Source of the DNA: Vampirovibrionaceae bacterium NZW_1234
Lineage (GTDB): Bacteria > Cyanobacteriota > Vampirovibrionia > Vampirovibrionales > JAGQHJ01
NCBI GenBank assembly: GCA_041697335.1
Contig: JBGUGD010000025.1
Coordinates: 131,764-195,763 of the forward strand
Direction: 5' to 3'
Length of the DNA stretch: 64,000 nt
A model generated the notes under the pieces. It made no database searches and was not told the DNA's origin. It saw only the letters and a program-made list of their open reading frames with translations. Numbering within the stretch: the first letter of the stretch is position 1; the number at the start of each line of letters is the position of its first letter. Positions 1 to 9,648 of this stretch are shown piece by piece. The position numbers and the translations under genes were made by a program.

Positions 1-518
1 TCCTGTTTCAATTTTGTCAGTTTAACGGCTGCGGTTGTCGTCGGCACCACAATCTGGATCTGGTCAGGCCGTAACAGGGCAGCGGCTTTAAAGAGACCCA
101 ATGCATGATTGCCGGTGGATGCGGTAATGAATTGCCGATAATTTCCGCATTGCATCATTTTAGCCATACCCACGACCGCCCCCCGGACCTTATAGGCCCG
201 GGTGATGGTCAAATCTTCACGCTTGTAAAACAGATATGGCGAAAATGTCGACGGTTGAAGCGGCGTTAACGGATCTTGAGGGTTGCTGTTGTTCAGAATC
301 CCCAACTGAGGACGAAACCGATCCAGGATGCGGTTTGCCTCCAAAATTGAGGTATACATCTGAGTCACCTGAAGATAGGATTCTATCGACAACCCGGCCG
401 GGAAACCCGGCATCATAATTCGACCATCGTCTCCAATCATCGCAGGCGCCATTCCAGGAGTAGATATCATGGAAGGCATCGAACGATAAACGGAAGAGGC
501 AAATGTGTCGACGGTCAT
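1..518 (-). CDS. ilvA: Threonine ammonia-lyase (IlvA-like PLP enzyme), 5' part; runs off the window edge
   Basis: Manual translation from ATG at 518 (RBS AAAGGA) gives MTVDTFASS...PYLFYKREDLTITRAYKVRGA...ASTGNHA, matching the KREDL..[SA][FY]K.RGA and SxGNHA motifs; directly downstream of ilvC. Confidence 0.8.
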   Translation of the reverse strand, partial: MTVDTFASSVYRSMPSMISTPGMAPAMIGDDGRIMMPGFPAGLSIESYLQVTQMYTSILEANRILDRFRPQLGILNNSNPQDPLTPLQPSTFSPYLFYKREDLTITRAYKVRGAVVGMAKMMQCGNYRQFITASTGNHALGLFKAAALLRPDQIQIVVPTTTAAVKLTKLKQ

Positions 519-542
519 CACGATTGAATCCTTTCTCGTGTG

Positions 543-1592
543 CTAGTTCTTATTACGATTGACAAGTCGGTTCCCGCTCAGCCAGCTCATCATCTGACGC
601 AGCTTGCGTCCGGTGACTTCCAACGGGTGTTGACGATCCGCTTCGACCAGCGCGTTCAAGTTGGCTTTACCCGACTTGTATTCCGAGATCCATTCCCGGG
701 CAAATGAGCCTGTTTGGATTTCGCTTAAAACTTGCTTCATGGCAAGTTTTACTTCGGGCCCGATGACTCTGGGACCTCGGGTTACGTCGCCATAACGGGC
801 GGTATCGCTGATGGAGTAGCGCATATCTTCCAAGCCACCCTCATACATCAGGTCCACGATGAGCTTAAGTTCGTGCAGACATTCAAAATATGCCAATTCA
901 GGTGGATAGCCTGCTTCCACCAAGGTTTCGAACCCGGCTTTCACCAGGGCAGTCGCACCGCCACAGAGAACGGCCTGTTCGCCAAACAGATCGGTTTCGG
1001 TCTCATCCTTGAAGTTGGTTTCGATAATCCCGGCTCGGCCCGAGCCCAGGCAGGCAGCATATCCCAAGGCTAAGTCCTTGGCGTTCCCGGTGGCATCCTG
1101 ATAGACGGCCATTAATGCCGGGACCCCGCGATCGCGCTGAAATTCGGAACGGACCAAATGCCCCGGGCTCTTAGGCGCCACGAGAAACACATCCACAAAC
1201 GAAGGCGGTGTCACTTCACCGTAGTGAACACTGAAGCCGTGGCTAAAAACCAATGCCTGGCCTTCTTTAAGGCGAGATTCAATCAATTCTTTATACACGT
1301 GGCCATGATCCACATCGGGCATCAGGAAGACCAACACGTCAGCCCATTCAGCCGCATCAGAAACAGGCATAGTTTCAAAGCCGGCTTCCTTGGCTTTGCC
1401 CTCGGAGGCACTGCCGGGGCGCAAGGCAATGCGTACATTGGCACCGGAATCTTTCAGGTTCATGCTCTGGCCAAAGCCTTGGCTGCCAAAGCCAATGACG
1501 GCGATTTTTTTCGAGAGCAACTGGCTCCGATCGATATCCTGATCGTAATAAATGTTCAAGGTTTCTTTGGGTTGCGTTGCGGTTGTCATCAC
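543..1592 (-). CDS. ilvC: Ketol-acid reductoisomerase
   Basis: IAVIGFGSQG, VAPKSPGH, ETETDLFGEQAVLCGG, AYFECLHELKLIVDL. Confidence 0.98.
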   Translation of the reverse strand: MMTTATQPKETLNIYYDQDIDRSQLLSKKIAVIGFGSQGFGQSMNLKDSGANVRIALRPGSASEGKAKEAGFETMPVSDAAEWADVLVFLMPDVDHGHVYKELIESRLKEGQALVFSHGFSVHYGEVTPPSFVDVFLVAPKSPGHLVRSEFQRDRGVPALMAVYQDATGNAKDLALGYAACLGSGRAGIIETNFKDETETDLFGEQAVLCGGATALVKAGFETLVEAGYPPELAYFECLHELKLIVDLMYEGGLEDMRYSISDTARYGDVTRGPRVIGPEVKLAMKQVLSEIQTGSFAREWISEYKSGKANLNALVEADRQHPLEVTGRKLRQMMSWLSGNRLVNRNKN

Positions 1593-1919
1593 TTATCTCC
1601 TTGTGTTTTGTGTGGCAAATACGGGGGCAGGTTTCAGGTTGCCGGGAAACAATTCCGTCACATTGGCTTCCAGGGACGAAGCGCTTTCCACGGAATAGGC
1701 GTGCAACACATAAACCTGTTTATTCAAAAATTTCACGAGCTTATCAATGGTCTTTGAATCAGCACAGACATAGGTCAACGTCACATGAAGGCAGTTGGTG
1801 TCGGTGTCCAGGCTGGACAGGAATTGTTCGGGGATAAACCCGCGGTAGGTCATGGCCTCCAGAACCCGATCCAGGGCACCCAAGCGGTTTTGCAAAATAC
1901 AACATAACGTGTTCTTCAT
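1593..1919 (-). CDS. ilvH: Acetolactate synthase small (ACT) regulatory subunit, short form
   Basis: QNRLGALDRV...RGF ACT pattern, LVKFLNKQVYV; lies between ilvB and ilvC. Confidence 0.8.
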   Translation of the reverse strand: MKNTLCCILQNRLGALDRVLEAMTYRGFIPEQFLSSLDTDTNCLHVTLTYVCADSKTIDKLVKFLNKQVYVLHAYSVESASSLEANVTELFPGNLKPAPVFATQNTRR

Positions 1920-1925
1920 GCGAGG

Positions 1926-3680
1926 TTATTCTCCTTTGTTGTCATCTTCGGTAAGCATTTCTTCGTTACTGGCACCTGCCGGAACCCAGGGGTAGACATC
2001 GGCCTTTTCCTGGACGGGAAAGTCTATCAACACGGGCCGGTCGGTAATGGCAAACGCCTCTTGAATCACCCGATCCACATCCTCAGGGGATTCAACGACA
2101 AATCCGGCACACCCATAGGCTTCGGCCAATTTCACGTAATCCGGCGAGGTTAAACGAGTCTCCGATTCCCGATTGAACATCTTGCCCTGCCATTGACGCA
2201 CCATTCCCAGGTAGCCGTTGTTGATGATGGCGACTTTGACCGGTAAGTTATACGCCTTGGCTGTGGCCAACTCTTGAAGGGTCATCTGGAAGCTGCCGTC
2301 CCCGGCGATATCCAATACGGTCTTATCCGGAAAAGCGCTCTGGATCCCGATGGCTGCGGGGAAGCCAAACCCCATGGTTCCAAGTCCACCTGAGGAGATA
2401 AAGCTCCGGGGACGAGACAGATTAAAGCGCTGGGCAGCCCACATCTGGTGCTGCCCAACTTCAGTCGTCACAAATCCATCTTTGGGCATCCAATGAAACA
2501 GGCGTTCAATAGCATACTGCGGGGTCAGCACGGCAGCCGGAGTTTGCATGGGCTGACGACGGGCTTTCCACTGCTCAATGGTGTCGAACCAAGTTTCACG
2601 GCTGTGGGGGGCCATAGCCTCGGATTCAGTCAAGCGCAACAGATCGGTGAAGATATGACCGATATCCCCTTGAATCGGCAACGTGGCTTCCACATTTTTT
2701 TGCAGTGAGGTCGGATCCATATCGATGTGAATGATCTTGGCGTTCCGGGCAAAGCGGTCGGCCTTCCCTGTCTGACGCTCACTTAAACGATTGCCGACGA
2801 TCAGAAGAACGTCGGCATTGGCAATGGCGATATTGGCCCAGTAATGGCCGTGCATTCCACAGAAACCCATATAGAGGGGATGATCTGCGGGAAACCCACC
2901 GAGCCCCATCAAGGAACATGCCACCGGCAGTTGAAAACGCTCTGCAAATGCCAGCACTTCCGCATTGGCGCCGGCATTCACAACACCGCCGCCACAAAGC
3001 ATCACGGGTTGACGGGCGGTTCTTAACAGCTCAAGCGCCTGTTCCAGATCATGTTCGGTATAGGTATCTGTTTCCGTGCTGTAGCCAGGCAGATCCAGGG
3101 TCACGTTTTCCGGATTGTATTCTGTGCTAGCCAACAGTACATCCTTTGGCAAGTCCACCAATACCGGCCCGGGTCGACCGGTATTGGCGATGTAAAACGC
3201 CTCTCTTATGGCACTTGCCAGGTCCCTCACGTCCCTTACGATAATATTGTGTTTCGTAACCGCACGGGTTATGCCCACGATATCAGCTTCCTGAAACGAA
3301 TCATTGCCCAGCATGCCGGTGGCCACGTTACCGGTAAAGACCACCAGGGGAACCGAATCATAATAGGCATCGGCGATCCCGGTGACGGTATTGGTAGCGC
3401 CGGGTCCCGAGGTCACGAGAACCACGCCGGTTTTACCCGTCGAACGGGCATAGCCTTCAGCCATATGTACTGCACCCTGTTCGTGGCGAACCAGGATGTG
3501 TTCGATGGGGTATTCCGGAAGGGCTTCATAAATTGAGAGAATGACACCGCCAGGGAGACCAAAGACCTTTTCTACGCCTTCTGCGACCAGGGATTTCAAT
3601 ACGACATGTGCGCCCGTGCATACAACGGATACGGGGGCAGCCTGAGGAGCTTGGGGTACGCAGTTGGCGGGCCTATTCAT
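1926..3680 (-). CDS. ilvB: Acetolactate synthase large subunit
   Basis: RHEQGAVHMAEGYAR, TSGPGATN, GDGSFQMT...NNGYLGMVRQWQ ThDP motif. Confidence 0.98.
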   Translation of the reverse strand: MNRPANCVPQAPQAAPVSVVCTGAHVVLKSLVAEGVEKVFGLPGGVILSIYEALPEYPIEHILVRHEQGAVHMAEGYARSTGKTGVVLVTSGPGATNTVTGIADAYYDSVPLVVFTGNVATGMLGNDSFQEADIVGITRAVTKHNIIVRDVRDLASAIREAFYIANTGRPGPVLVDLPKDVLLASTEYNPENVTLDLPGYSTETDTYTEHDLEQALELLRTARQPVMLCGGGVVNAGANAEVLAFAERFQLPVACSLMGLGGFPADHPLYMGFCGMHGHYWANIAIANADVLLIVGNRLSERQTGKADRFARNAKIIHIDMDPTSLQKNVEATLPIQGDIGHIFTDLLRLTESEAMAPHSRETWFDTIEQWKARRQPMQTPAAVLTPQYAIERLFHWMPKDGFVTTEVGQHQMWAAQRFNLSRPRSFISSGGLGTMGFGFPAAIGIQSAFPDKTVLDIAGDGSFQMTLQELATAKAYNLPVKVAIINNGYLGMVRQWQGKMFNRESETRLTSPDYVKLAEAYGCAGFVVESPEDVDRVIQEAFAITDRPVLIDFPVQEKADVYPWVPAGASNEEMLTEDDNKGE

Positions 3681-3761
3681 GAATTTTGTCCTCCAATCTG
3701 AATGGTCATCTGTTCGTGTGTCATCGGGTGGTTCCTTTCGATTACGGGTCGATTATGGGCT

Positions 3762-3798
3762 AAAACAAAACCGCCGGGAGCTTGTGTTCCCGGCGGTT
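3762..3798 (-). terminator. Attenuator terminator hairpin of the ilv operon
   Basis: Minus strand AACCGCCGGGAA-CACAAG-CTCCCGGCGGTT followed by TTGTTTT, between leader peptide and ilvB. Confidence 0.9.
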
Positions 3799-3818
3799 CG
3801 ATGAATTCTTGGTGTTTT

Positions 3819-3902
3819 CTAAACAGAACTCATTGACCCACCGGGAAGTCCGATGAGTACGACAATAATGACGATAATGAGGCTGCTCAGAAAAGGATTC
3901 AT
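3819..3902 (-). CDS. ilvL: ilv operon leader (attenuator) peptide MNPFLSSLIIVIIVVLIGLPGGSMSSV
   Basis: 27-codon ORF with the run LIIVIIVVLI upstream of the terminator; CTTCCCGGTGG in the ORF can pair with the terminator 5' arm. Confidence 0.88.
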   Translation of the reverse strand: MNPFLSSLIIVIIVVLIGLPGGSMSSV

Positions 3903-4345
3903 TTGTTTTTTTGTCTCTTATATAGTGAGGGGAATTCAGGTCCAGCAACTTAGTGTATGAAAAACACTTGCTGGATGTTTACTGACTTTATCATATCTAA
4001 TTTTGATATTCAACCCTTTACTGTGAATTTTTCCAAAAACTACGTTACCTAACGTAATGTGGTTTTTGCGGGGCGCTTCCAGTTTTTTAGAGGTGAATCC
4101 ATCGGAATAGAGAGACTGATAAATTTAGCGCAAGTCTTCAATGAAGCCCAGAGATATAAATTTTAACTGTCGATGCTGGCCAAAATCCCCAGAGTTCTTA
4201 TGCCTAGAAGCTAAAGGCCCAAAATTATTTAGATTGTATTAACCCCGTTCATGAATTTAGGCTTGTTGTTTTTATGTATATACGTATCGTGTGTGACTCA
4301 AACAATGTGTAATGTGTGAGGCTATTGTTTTATAGGAGGTCTATT

Positions 4346-4753
4346 ATGTTTGGATCTATGGGTGGATTAGGTTCCTCGATGATTGGTGGCGGCTTGAACA
4401 ATATTATTGGGATGTTTTCTCCCAAAGCAGCCGGCAAGCGCCGTGAAGCAGAGCAGTTATTGGCCGAAGCATTTCAGAATTACGTAAATGCACCAATCTT
4501 CAAAAAAGATGAAGCGATGCGCACACTAATGGCTGTCATGGCTATCTTGGGTGGAACCAATAATCGCCAGAATAATTTGCTGGACTTTTTACTCAATGGC
4601 AATAACCCGTTTGCCGGTACCTGGAATCAGAACAGGGGCGGTAATAACTTCGGACTGGATTTTTCGTCAAACAGTATGGGTATTCCCAATAATATGCCCA
4701 TTGCCGATATCTCTACGACGAGTCCTGTCGCTGGAACCAGCACCGGAATGTAA
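4346..4753 (+). CDS. Small Gly/Asn/Met-rich hypothetical protein (paralog of next gene)
   Basis: ATG at 4346 after AGGAGG; shares EA.Q.Y.NAP..KK.EA...L with 4912..5220. Confidence 0.75.
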   Translation: MFGSMGGLGSSMIGGGLNNIIGMFSPKAAGKRREAEQLLAEAFQNYVNAPIFKKDEAMRTLMAVMAILGGTNNRQNNLLDFLLNGNNPFAGTWNQNRGGNNFGLDFSSNSMGIPNNMPIADISTTSPVAGTSTGM

Positions 4754-4819
4754 AATACGGCGGCTCTATCTTCAGCAATCGCCCGTTGGGCTTAATTGAA
4801 TACTCGGAAAGATGTATTG

Positions 4820-4855
4820 TCGGATTGGGCAAAACACTTGCCCAATCCGATCTTT
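4820..4855 (+). terminator. Hairpin (terminator or processing site)
   Basis: TCGGATTGGGCAA-AACAC-TTGCCCAATCCGA. Confidence 0.6.
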
Positions 4856-4911
4856 ACTGACATGTATCGTATCAACTATGTGTGTGTGAATAAAAAGCTT
4901 ATGGAGGTCTT

Positions 4912-5220
4912 ATGTGGGATGCAATAAATAGAATGGGTGGATCCTCACCCATGATGGGAATGGGCGCCTTTGGCGGCCAAGTTAATCCTGAACAGAAATA
5001 CATGGAAGCCTTACAAAAATATCAGAATGCACCGGAAGAAAAAAAGGCAGAGGCGTTGGCAAAACTGATTATTGCCATTGAACGTTTGACGGAATTCCAG
5101 CAAAACCAAGGCCAGCCAAATATGGGAATAGCCAATGGCGGCAATAGCCCCTTTGGTGGAATTAATCTGAATCAGGACAATCGGATGTCTACTCAAGGAA
5201 CCTTCAGTATGATGGGCTAG
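4912..5220 (+). CDS. Small Gly/Met/Gln-rich hypothetical protein
   Basis: GGAGG RBS; paralogous core EALQKYQNAPEEKKAEALAKL. Confidence 0.75.
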   Translation: MWDAINRMGGSSPMMGMGAFGGQVNPEQKYMEALQKYQNAPEEKKAEALAKLIIAIERLTEFQQNQGQPNMGIANGGNSPFGGINLNQDNRMSTQGTFSMMG

Positions 5221-5249
5221 TTTAAATAAAAGGCAATATTTCACTATCT

Positions 5250-5292
5250 GCGATCCCGTAGGCCATGATGCCCTACGGGATCGCTTGTATTT
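5250..5292 (+). terminator. Rho-independent terminator
   Basis: GCGATCCCGTAGG...CCTACGGGATCGC followed by TTGTATTT. Confidence 0.75.
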
Positions 5293-5410
5293 TGGGGCAC
5301 TTTAAAAATTAAATTGCGACACATGTCAAAAGACGCTACACTGACATCCGTCGCAGCCAATGAAAACTCTGGCTTCTCTTAAAAAAGAATGAAAAGGGAA
5401 AAGAAAGACG

Positions 5411-6106
5411 ATGGTATCAATCTCTTCAATCTCCACACGCTCAACCACACAAACAGGTTACAGAACACACCGACCTCGAAACGTAGGGCAAAACGTTGTT
5501 TCTCCAACACAGATCCAGAGCTCTCCTTGCTTTGCCGGGTCGAAAACTCGTTCCGGCCTTCTGGGGATAGGTTTTTTGGCTGCTTTGACAGGGTTGGTCG
5601 GATGTCAGACTAAACCCGAGAAAGAACCTCCCGTTTTGGAGATTCGCTTGGATGACACCACGCTCCCTGGCTTAAGCAACGCCAAAGGCTGGTTTATTCC
5701 AACCGTCATGAAGCCGCAGCTCAGTCTGGGAAAAGATCGGGTTGTTGAGCTTGTGATTCAAGGAACCATTGATACCAATCAGGTTTCTGATGAAATTAAT
5801 CGCCATCTGGAAGGCAAATCGATTCACCAGAAAGATTGGGAAGAGGCCTACTTCAAGGAACTCAAAACCAAAGTCCTGGAGCCTGCCCTTCAAGAGCATT
5901 TGAACACGCTTTTGAATGTCGTGCCAAATCCCAATAACCTGGATCGGTTTGATGTGTCTCAATTGCTGCAAGATTATCTGAAAGAGCAAACCCGCTTGCC
6001 TTTTGTCACACGCCCGAATGACGAAAAAAAGAACCGCTTGTACTACAAAGGGCTCTACGGCCTTGAGATCAGGGACATAAAAATCATTCCAGTTGTAACC
6101 CACTGA
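5411..6106 (+). CDS. Hypothetical protein with S/T-rich leader and internal lipobox; weak SPFH-like C-terminus
   Basis: SPCFAG then LLGIGFLAALTGLVGC; ends YGLEIRDIKI. Confidence 0.65.
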   Translation: MVSISSISTRSTTQTGYRTHRPRNVGQNVVSPTQIQSSPCFAGSKTRSGLLGIGFLAALTGLVGCQTKPEKEPPVLEIRLDDTTLPGLSNAKGWFIPTVMKPQLSLGKDRVVELVIQGTIDTNQVSDEINRHLEGKSIHQKDWEEAYFKELKTKVLEPALQEHLNTLLNVVPNPNNLDRFDVSQLLQDYLKEQTRLPFVTRPNDEKKNRLYYKGLYGLEIRDIKIIPVVTH

Positions 6107-6130
6107 ATAAAAAAAATGAAGCAATAAATT

Positions 6131-6175
6131 AAAATACCCTGGCGAAGCTTTTTAATAAAGCATGCCAGGGTATTT
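6131..6175. terminator. Bidirectional terminator
   Basis: AAAATACCCTGGC...GCCAGGGTATTTT between convergent genes. Confidence 0.8.
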
Positions 6176-6193
6176 TTAATGAGACCTAAGGAG

Positions 6194-6658
6194 CTAAGAG
6201 GCTCTCAAACGATCCAATGCTTCCTGGTATTGAGCCGCATGGTGTTTTTCAACGGTTCCCAAGGAACGAAACCGTTTCGCTGCCTTTTTAAAGATATCCG
6301 CATGCTCGGCCGATTCCTGGGCTTGTTCCTGGAATTCCGCAACGGCAGCAGCATCACCTTCTTCGAGTGCGATACGCTCAAATTCGGGATACATATGATT
6401 CGTTTCGTATAACTCACCTTCAATAGCCAATTCCAGCAAACGCTCCACCGTCATTTCCGATTTGGGGTAAATCAAATCCAGGTGGGCAAAGGCATGGCCG
6501 GTTTCATGATGAGCGATCGTCTCAAAGAGGGTGGCGATCTCTTCATTACCGAGTTCGCGAGCAACCTTGGCAAAGTACAAATATTTCCGATTTGCCATCG
6601 ATTCTCCGGCAAAGGCCGCTTCAAGGTTTTTCGAGGTGCGTGTGTCTTTTGTGTTCAT
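6194..6658 (-). CDS. Rubrerythrin (short, no rubredoxin domain)
   Basis: NLEAAFAGESMANRKYLYFA, HETGHA, GELYETNHMYPEF, EKHHA. Confidence 0.92.
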   Translation of the reverse strand: MNTKDTRTSKNLEAAFAGESMANRKYLYFAKVARELGNEEIATLFETIAHHETGHAFAHLDLIYPKSEMTVERLLELAIEGELYETNHMYPEFERIALEEGDAAAVAEFQEQAQESAEHADIFKKAAKRFRSLGTVEKHHAAQYQEALDRLRAS

Positions 6659-6698
6659 GTTGGATTCCTCCGTGTTGTTCTGATGTGTATGGCCGAGT

Positions 6699-6730
6699 AT
6701 AGATATTATCTAATATTGGATTTTGTCTAA
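6699..6730. promoter_or_regulatory. Two PerR/Fur-type boxes upstream of rubrerythrin
   Basis: aTAGA-TATTA-TCTAA (6699-6713) and TTGGA-TTTTG-TCTAA (6716-6730); same pattern as 7203-7217. Confidence 0.65.
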
Positions 6731-6771
6731 ATAAAAGGTAAAAAAATTTGATGCTGATTTAGCGTGAAGGG

Positions 6772-7185
6772 CTAAGTAGCAACCTGTCCATAGAAAGTCA
6801 CCTGGTATGCTTCCATCTTAAAAGGCTTATCCAATTGGAAGGAAATGGCGTTGACCACTTCGTGGGGCAGATCATAAATGCGACCGTCAGCTTTGTTTAC
6901 AAAATGATGATGTTTTTCCAGATTTGCATCATAACGGACACGCCCGGCCTCAATGGCAATTTCATCGATAACACCAGCCTCATGAAGCGTATTTAGGGTG
7001 TTATAGACCGTTGCACGAGACATTTTAACAGGCAACTTGTCTTCAACGGCAGCCATCACCTGATCCGCGGTAGGATGATCTTCCGTACCCATCAGGTACT
7101 CCAGAATCACGACGCGTTGGGGTGTGGGTTTCACACCAAATCGGGATAATCGTTGCTCAGCGGATTCAATCATGGTTTCAGTCAC
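6772..7185 (-). CDS. perR: Fur-family regulator, PerR-like, lacking CxxC motifs
   Basis: TPQRVVIL, HPTADQV, SRATVYNTL, RYDANLEKHHHF; adjacent to rubrerythrin. Confidence 0.8.
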   Translation of the reverse strand: MTETMIESAEQRLSRFGVKPTPQRVVILEYLMGTEDHPTADQVMAAVEDKLPVKMSRATVYNTLNTLHEAGVIDEIAIEAGRVRYDANLEKHHHFVNKADGRIYDLPHEVVNAISFQLDKPFKMEAYQVTFYGQVAT

Positions 7186-7202
7186 TTATTCTGTTTACAT
7201 AT

Positions 7203-7217
7203 TTAGAATAAGTCTAA
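7203..7217. promoter_or_regulatory. PerR/Fur-type palindrome (autoregulation)
   Basis: TTAGA-ATAAG-TCTAA just upstream of the regulator start. Confidence 0.7.
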
Positions 7218-7254
7218 TTGTTGTATTTGTCAACCCTGGTGTAATCAGAATAAA

Positions 7255-7755
7255 TTACTTGGACCAAGGGAATCGTAGCCCCTTAAGCCAAGCAATTAAC
7301 CCTTTAGGCTTAGGCTTTTCATCGGGTAACACCAGCTTTTGTCCGTCAGGAAAGAATTTCTTGTATTGGTCATCGATATACGTCTTGGCTCGGGAGAAGT
7401 CATCCTTTGTTTCGACCTTAAAATCTCCATGATAATTAATTTGTCCGGCACCAACCATCGTTTTGCCCGTCTGAAAGACAGCATTGACCATTAAAAAACG
7501 AAATGCATCCCAGACGATTTCACGGGCAACCTCATCGTGCTTGTCATAGGTCGCAAAGGCAACACCCTTGGATTGTGGCAGTATCCGACTGTAAACTTTG
7601 TCTTTTCCAATCTCGGACTCCAGCGCATTGACGATCTGCCCTGCAAATTGGTTGTGCTGCTCTTGATTCGCCTCATCAAAGGGCAGCGGTACGTGATACA
7701 GACTCTTAAACCGTAGTGGACTTGAAAGAGAGTTGGCCGTCATTGAAGCTCGCAT
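7255..7755 (-). CDS. Hypothetical protein with RF-type leader
   Basis: ATG at 7755 after GGGAG; MRASMTANSLSSPLRFKSLYHV. Confidence 0.7.
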   Translation of the reverse strand: MRASMTANSLSSPLRFKSLYHVPLPFDEANQEQHNQFAGQIVNALESEIGKDKVYSRILPQSKGVAFATYDKHDEVAREIVWDAFRFLMVNAVFQTGKTMVGAGQINYHGDFKVETKDDFSRAKTYIDDQYKKFFPDGQKLVLPDEKPKPKGLIAWLKGLRFPWSK

Positions 7756-7821
7756 AAAACACACTCCCACGATGTAACCCATGATGGGTTTACTTTAGCG
7801 AAAAAAAAGGTCAGTTACAAA

Positions 7822-7854
7822 GTCTCCGTACGCGCAAATTGCGCGTACGGAGAC
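7822..7854. terminator. Perfect 16-bp inverted repeat downstream of ilvD
   Basis: GTCTCCGTACGCGCAA-A-TTGCGCGTACGGAGAC. Confidence 0.65.
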
Positions 7855-7891
7855 GGGTTTAAAATCATGTTTGAGACGTGTTCAACCCAAT

Positions 7892-9598
7892 TCAGGCATG
7901 GACGTTGCTGGGAACTTGGCCGGGATGGGTCACGGCCCCTTCGGCTGCAGAACCCACGAGTTGAACGTACTTGTAAAGGGCGCCGGAAGTATATTTCAGA
8001 GGCGGCTGAGCCCATTCGGTCCGACGACAATCCAGTTCCATGTCATCGACTTCCAGCGACAGGACACCCTCATGAGCATCCACCAAAATAATATCGCCAT
8101 CCTTGACGAGGGCAATCGGACCCCCGACAAAGGCTTCCGGACTCACGTGACCGATCATCAGCCCGCGTGTGGCACCACTGAAGCGACCATCGGTCAATAA
8201 AGCCACTTTATCACCCAGATTCTGGCCGTACAGGGCTGCGGTGACACTCAGCATTTCCCGCATCCCCGGCCCGCCTTTGGGACCTTCATAGCGGATGATG
8301 ACCGTATCTCCAGCCTGAATCTGTTGTTGCTGAATCGCCGCAAAACAAGCTTCTTCACTATCAAAGACTTTGGCAGGCCCGCGATGAATCTTATTTTTTA
8401 ATCCGGCAACTTTGACTACCGCCCCATCCGGCGCCAGATTCCCGAACAGAATTTTTAAACCGCCCGTGGGACTTAGCGGGTGGCTTGGCGAGAGCACCAC
8501 ATCCTGATTGGGCGGCAACGTGACATTGGCCAGATTCTCTGCCATGGTACGTCCTGTCACGGTCAAACAATCTCCATGCAGGAGCCCGGCATCCAATAAG
8601 GCTTTCAGAATCACGGGAACTCCGCCGATTTCAAAGAGATCGTTCATCACATAGCGACCGCCGGGTTTGAGATCCACAAAGTAGGGAGTATCGTTAAACA
8701 GCCGCTCAATCTCATCCAGGGTCAACTCAAGTCCAACTTCTCGGGCAATGGCCGGCAAGTGAAGAATGGTATTGGTAGAGCCGCCGGTGGCCGCAACCAC
8801 GCGAATGGCATTCTCAAAAGCCTTGCGGGTCATGATATCTCGTGGACGAATATTATCATGCAACAGGCGCATCACGGCATCACCACAGGCCATATTGATG
8901 GCCTTACGTTCAGGGTGAATGGCAGGGTATCCGCTGCTACCCGGTAAAGCCAGGCCCATAGCTTCAGCGACACAGGCCATGGTATTTGCCGTAAACTGAC
9001 CACCGCAAGAACCGGCTCCGGGACAGGCGTTACATTCAATGGCATACAGCTCTTCATCGGAGATTTGCCCGGTGGCATGGGCTCCAACCGCTTCATAAAC
9101 ATCCTGAACCGTTAAGTCTTTACCGTTCAAGCTTCCCGGCATGATGGTTCCACCATATAGAAATACGGAAGGCACGTTCAAACGACCCATAGCCATCATC
9201 ATGCCCGGCAGACTTTTGTCACAGCCAGCCACACCGACCAAGGCATCGTACCCATGGGCATGCATCACCAATTCTACCGAGTCGGCAATGATATCCCGGC
9301 TAATCAGAGACGCCTTCATGCCTTCATGCCCCATGGCAATCCCGTCACTGACGGAAATGGCGGTAAACTCTCGAGGTACACCACCTGCCTGATTCACCCC
9401 ATCCTTGATGAAGGCTGCTTGATCGCGGAGGGTAATATTACACGGGGTCACTTCGTTCCATGTGGTTGCCACTCCAATCAAGGGCTTGTTAAAATCCTCA
9501 TCCTGCAGTCCCATGGCACGGTAAAAAGCCCGGTGTGGGGCTCTGCTAGGACCTTCCAGGGTAATACGGCTCTTGTGTCGCATATCAGGATGAGTCAT
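7892..9598 (-). CDS. ilvD: Dihydroxy-acid dehydratase
   Basis: [53 protein letters not shown]. Confidence 0.98.
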   Translation of the reverse strand: MTHPDMRHKSRITLEGPSRAPHRAFYRAMGLQDEDFNKPLIGVATTWNEVTPCNITLRDQAAFIKDGVNQAGGVPREFTAISVSDGIAMGHEGMKASLISRDIIADSVELVMHAHGYDALVGVAGCDKSLPGMMMAMGRLNVPSVFLYGGTIMPGSLNGKDLTVQDVYEAVGAHATGQISDEELYAIECNACPGAGSCGGQFTANTMACVAEAMGLALPGSSGYPAIHPERKAINMACGDAVMRLLHDNIRPRDIMTRKAFENAIRVVAATGGSTNTILHLPAIAREVGLELTLDEIERLFNDTPYFVDLKPGGRYVMNDLFEIGGVPVILKALLDAGLLHGDCLTVTGRTMAENLANVTLPPNQDVVLSPSHPLSPTGGLKILFGNLAPDGAVVKVAGLKNKIHRGPAKVFDSEEACFAAIQQQQIQAGDTVIIRYEGPKGGPGMREMLSVTAALYGQNLGDKVALLTDGRFSGATRGLMIGHVSPEAFVGGPIALVKDGDIILVDAHEGVLSLEVDDMELDCRRTEWAQPPLKYTSGALYKYVQLVGSAAEGAVTHPGQVPSNVHA

Positions 9599-9648
9599 TG
9601 TCTTGCTTTCCTTTAGTCGATGGATAATGAGTACTTACTGAAACATCG

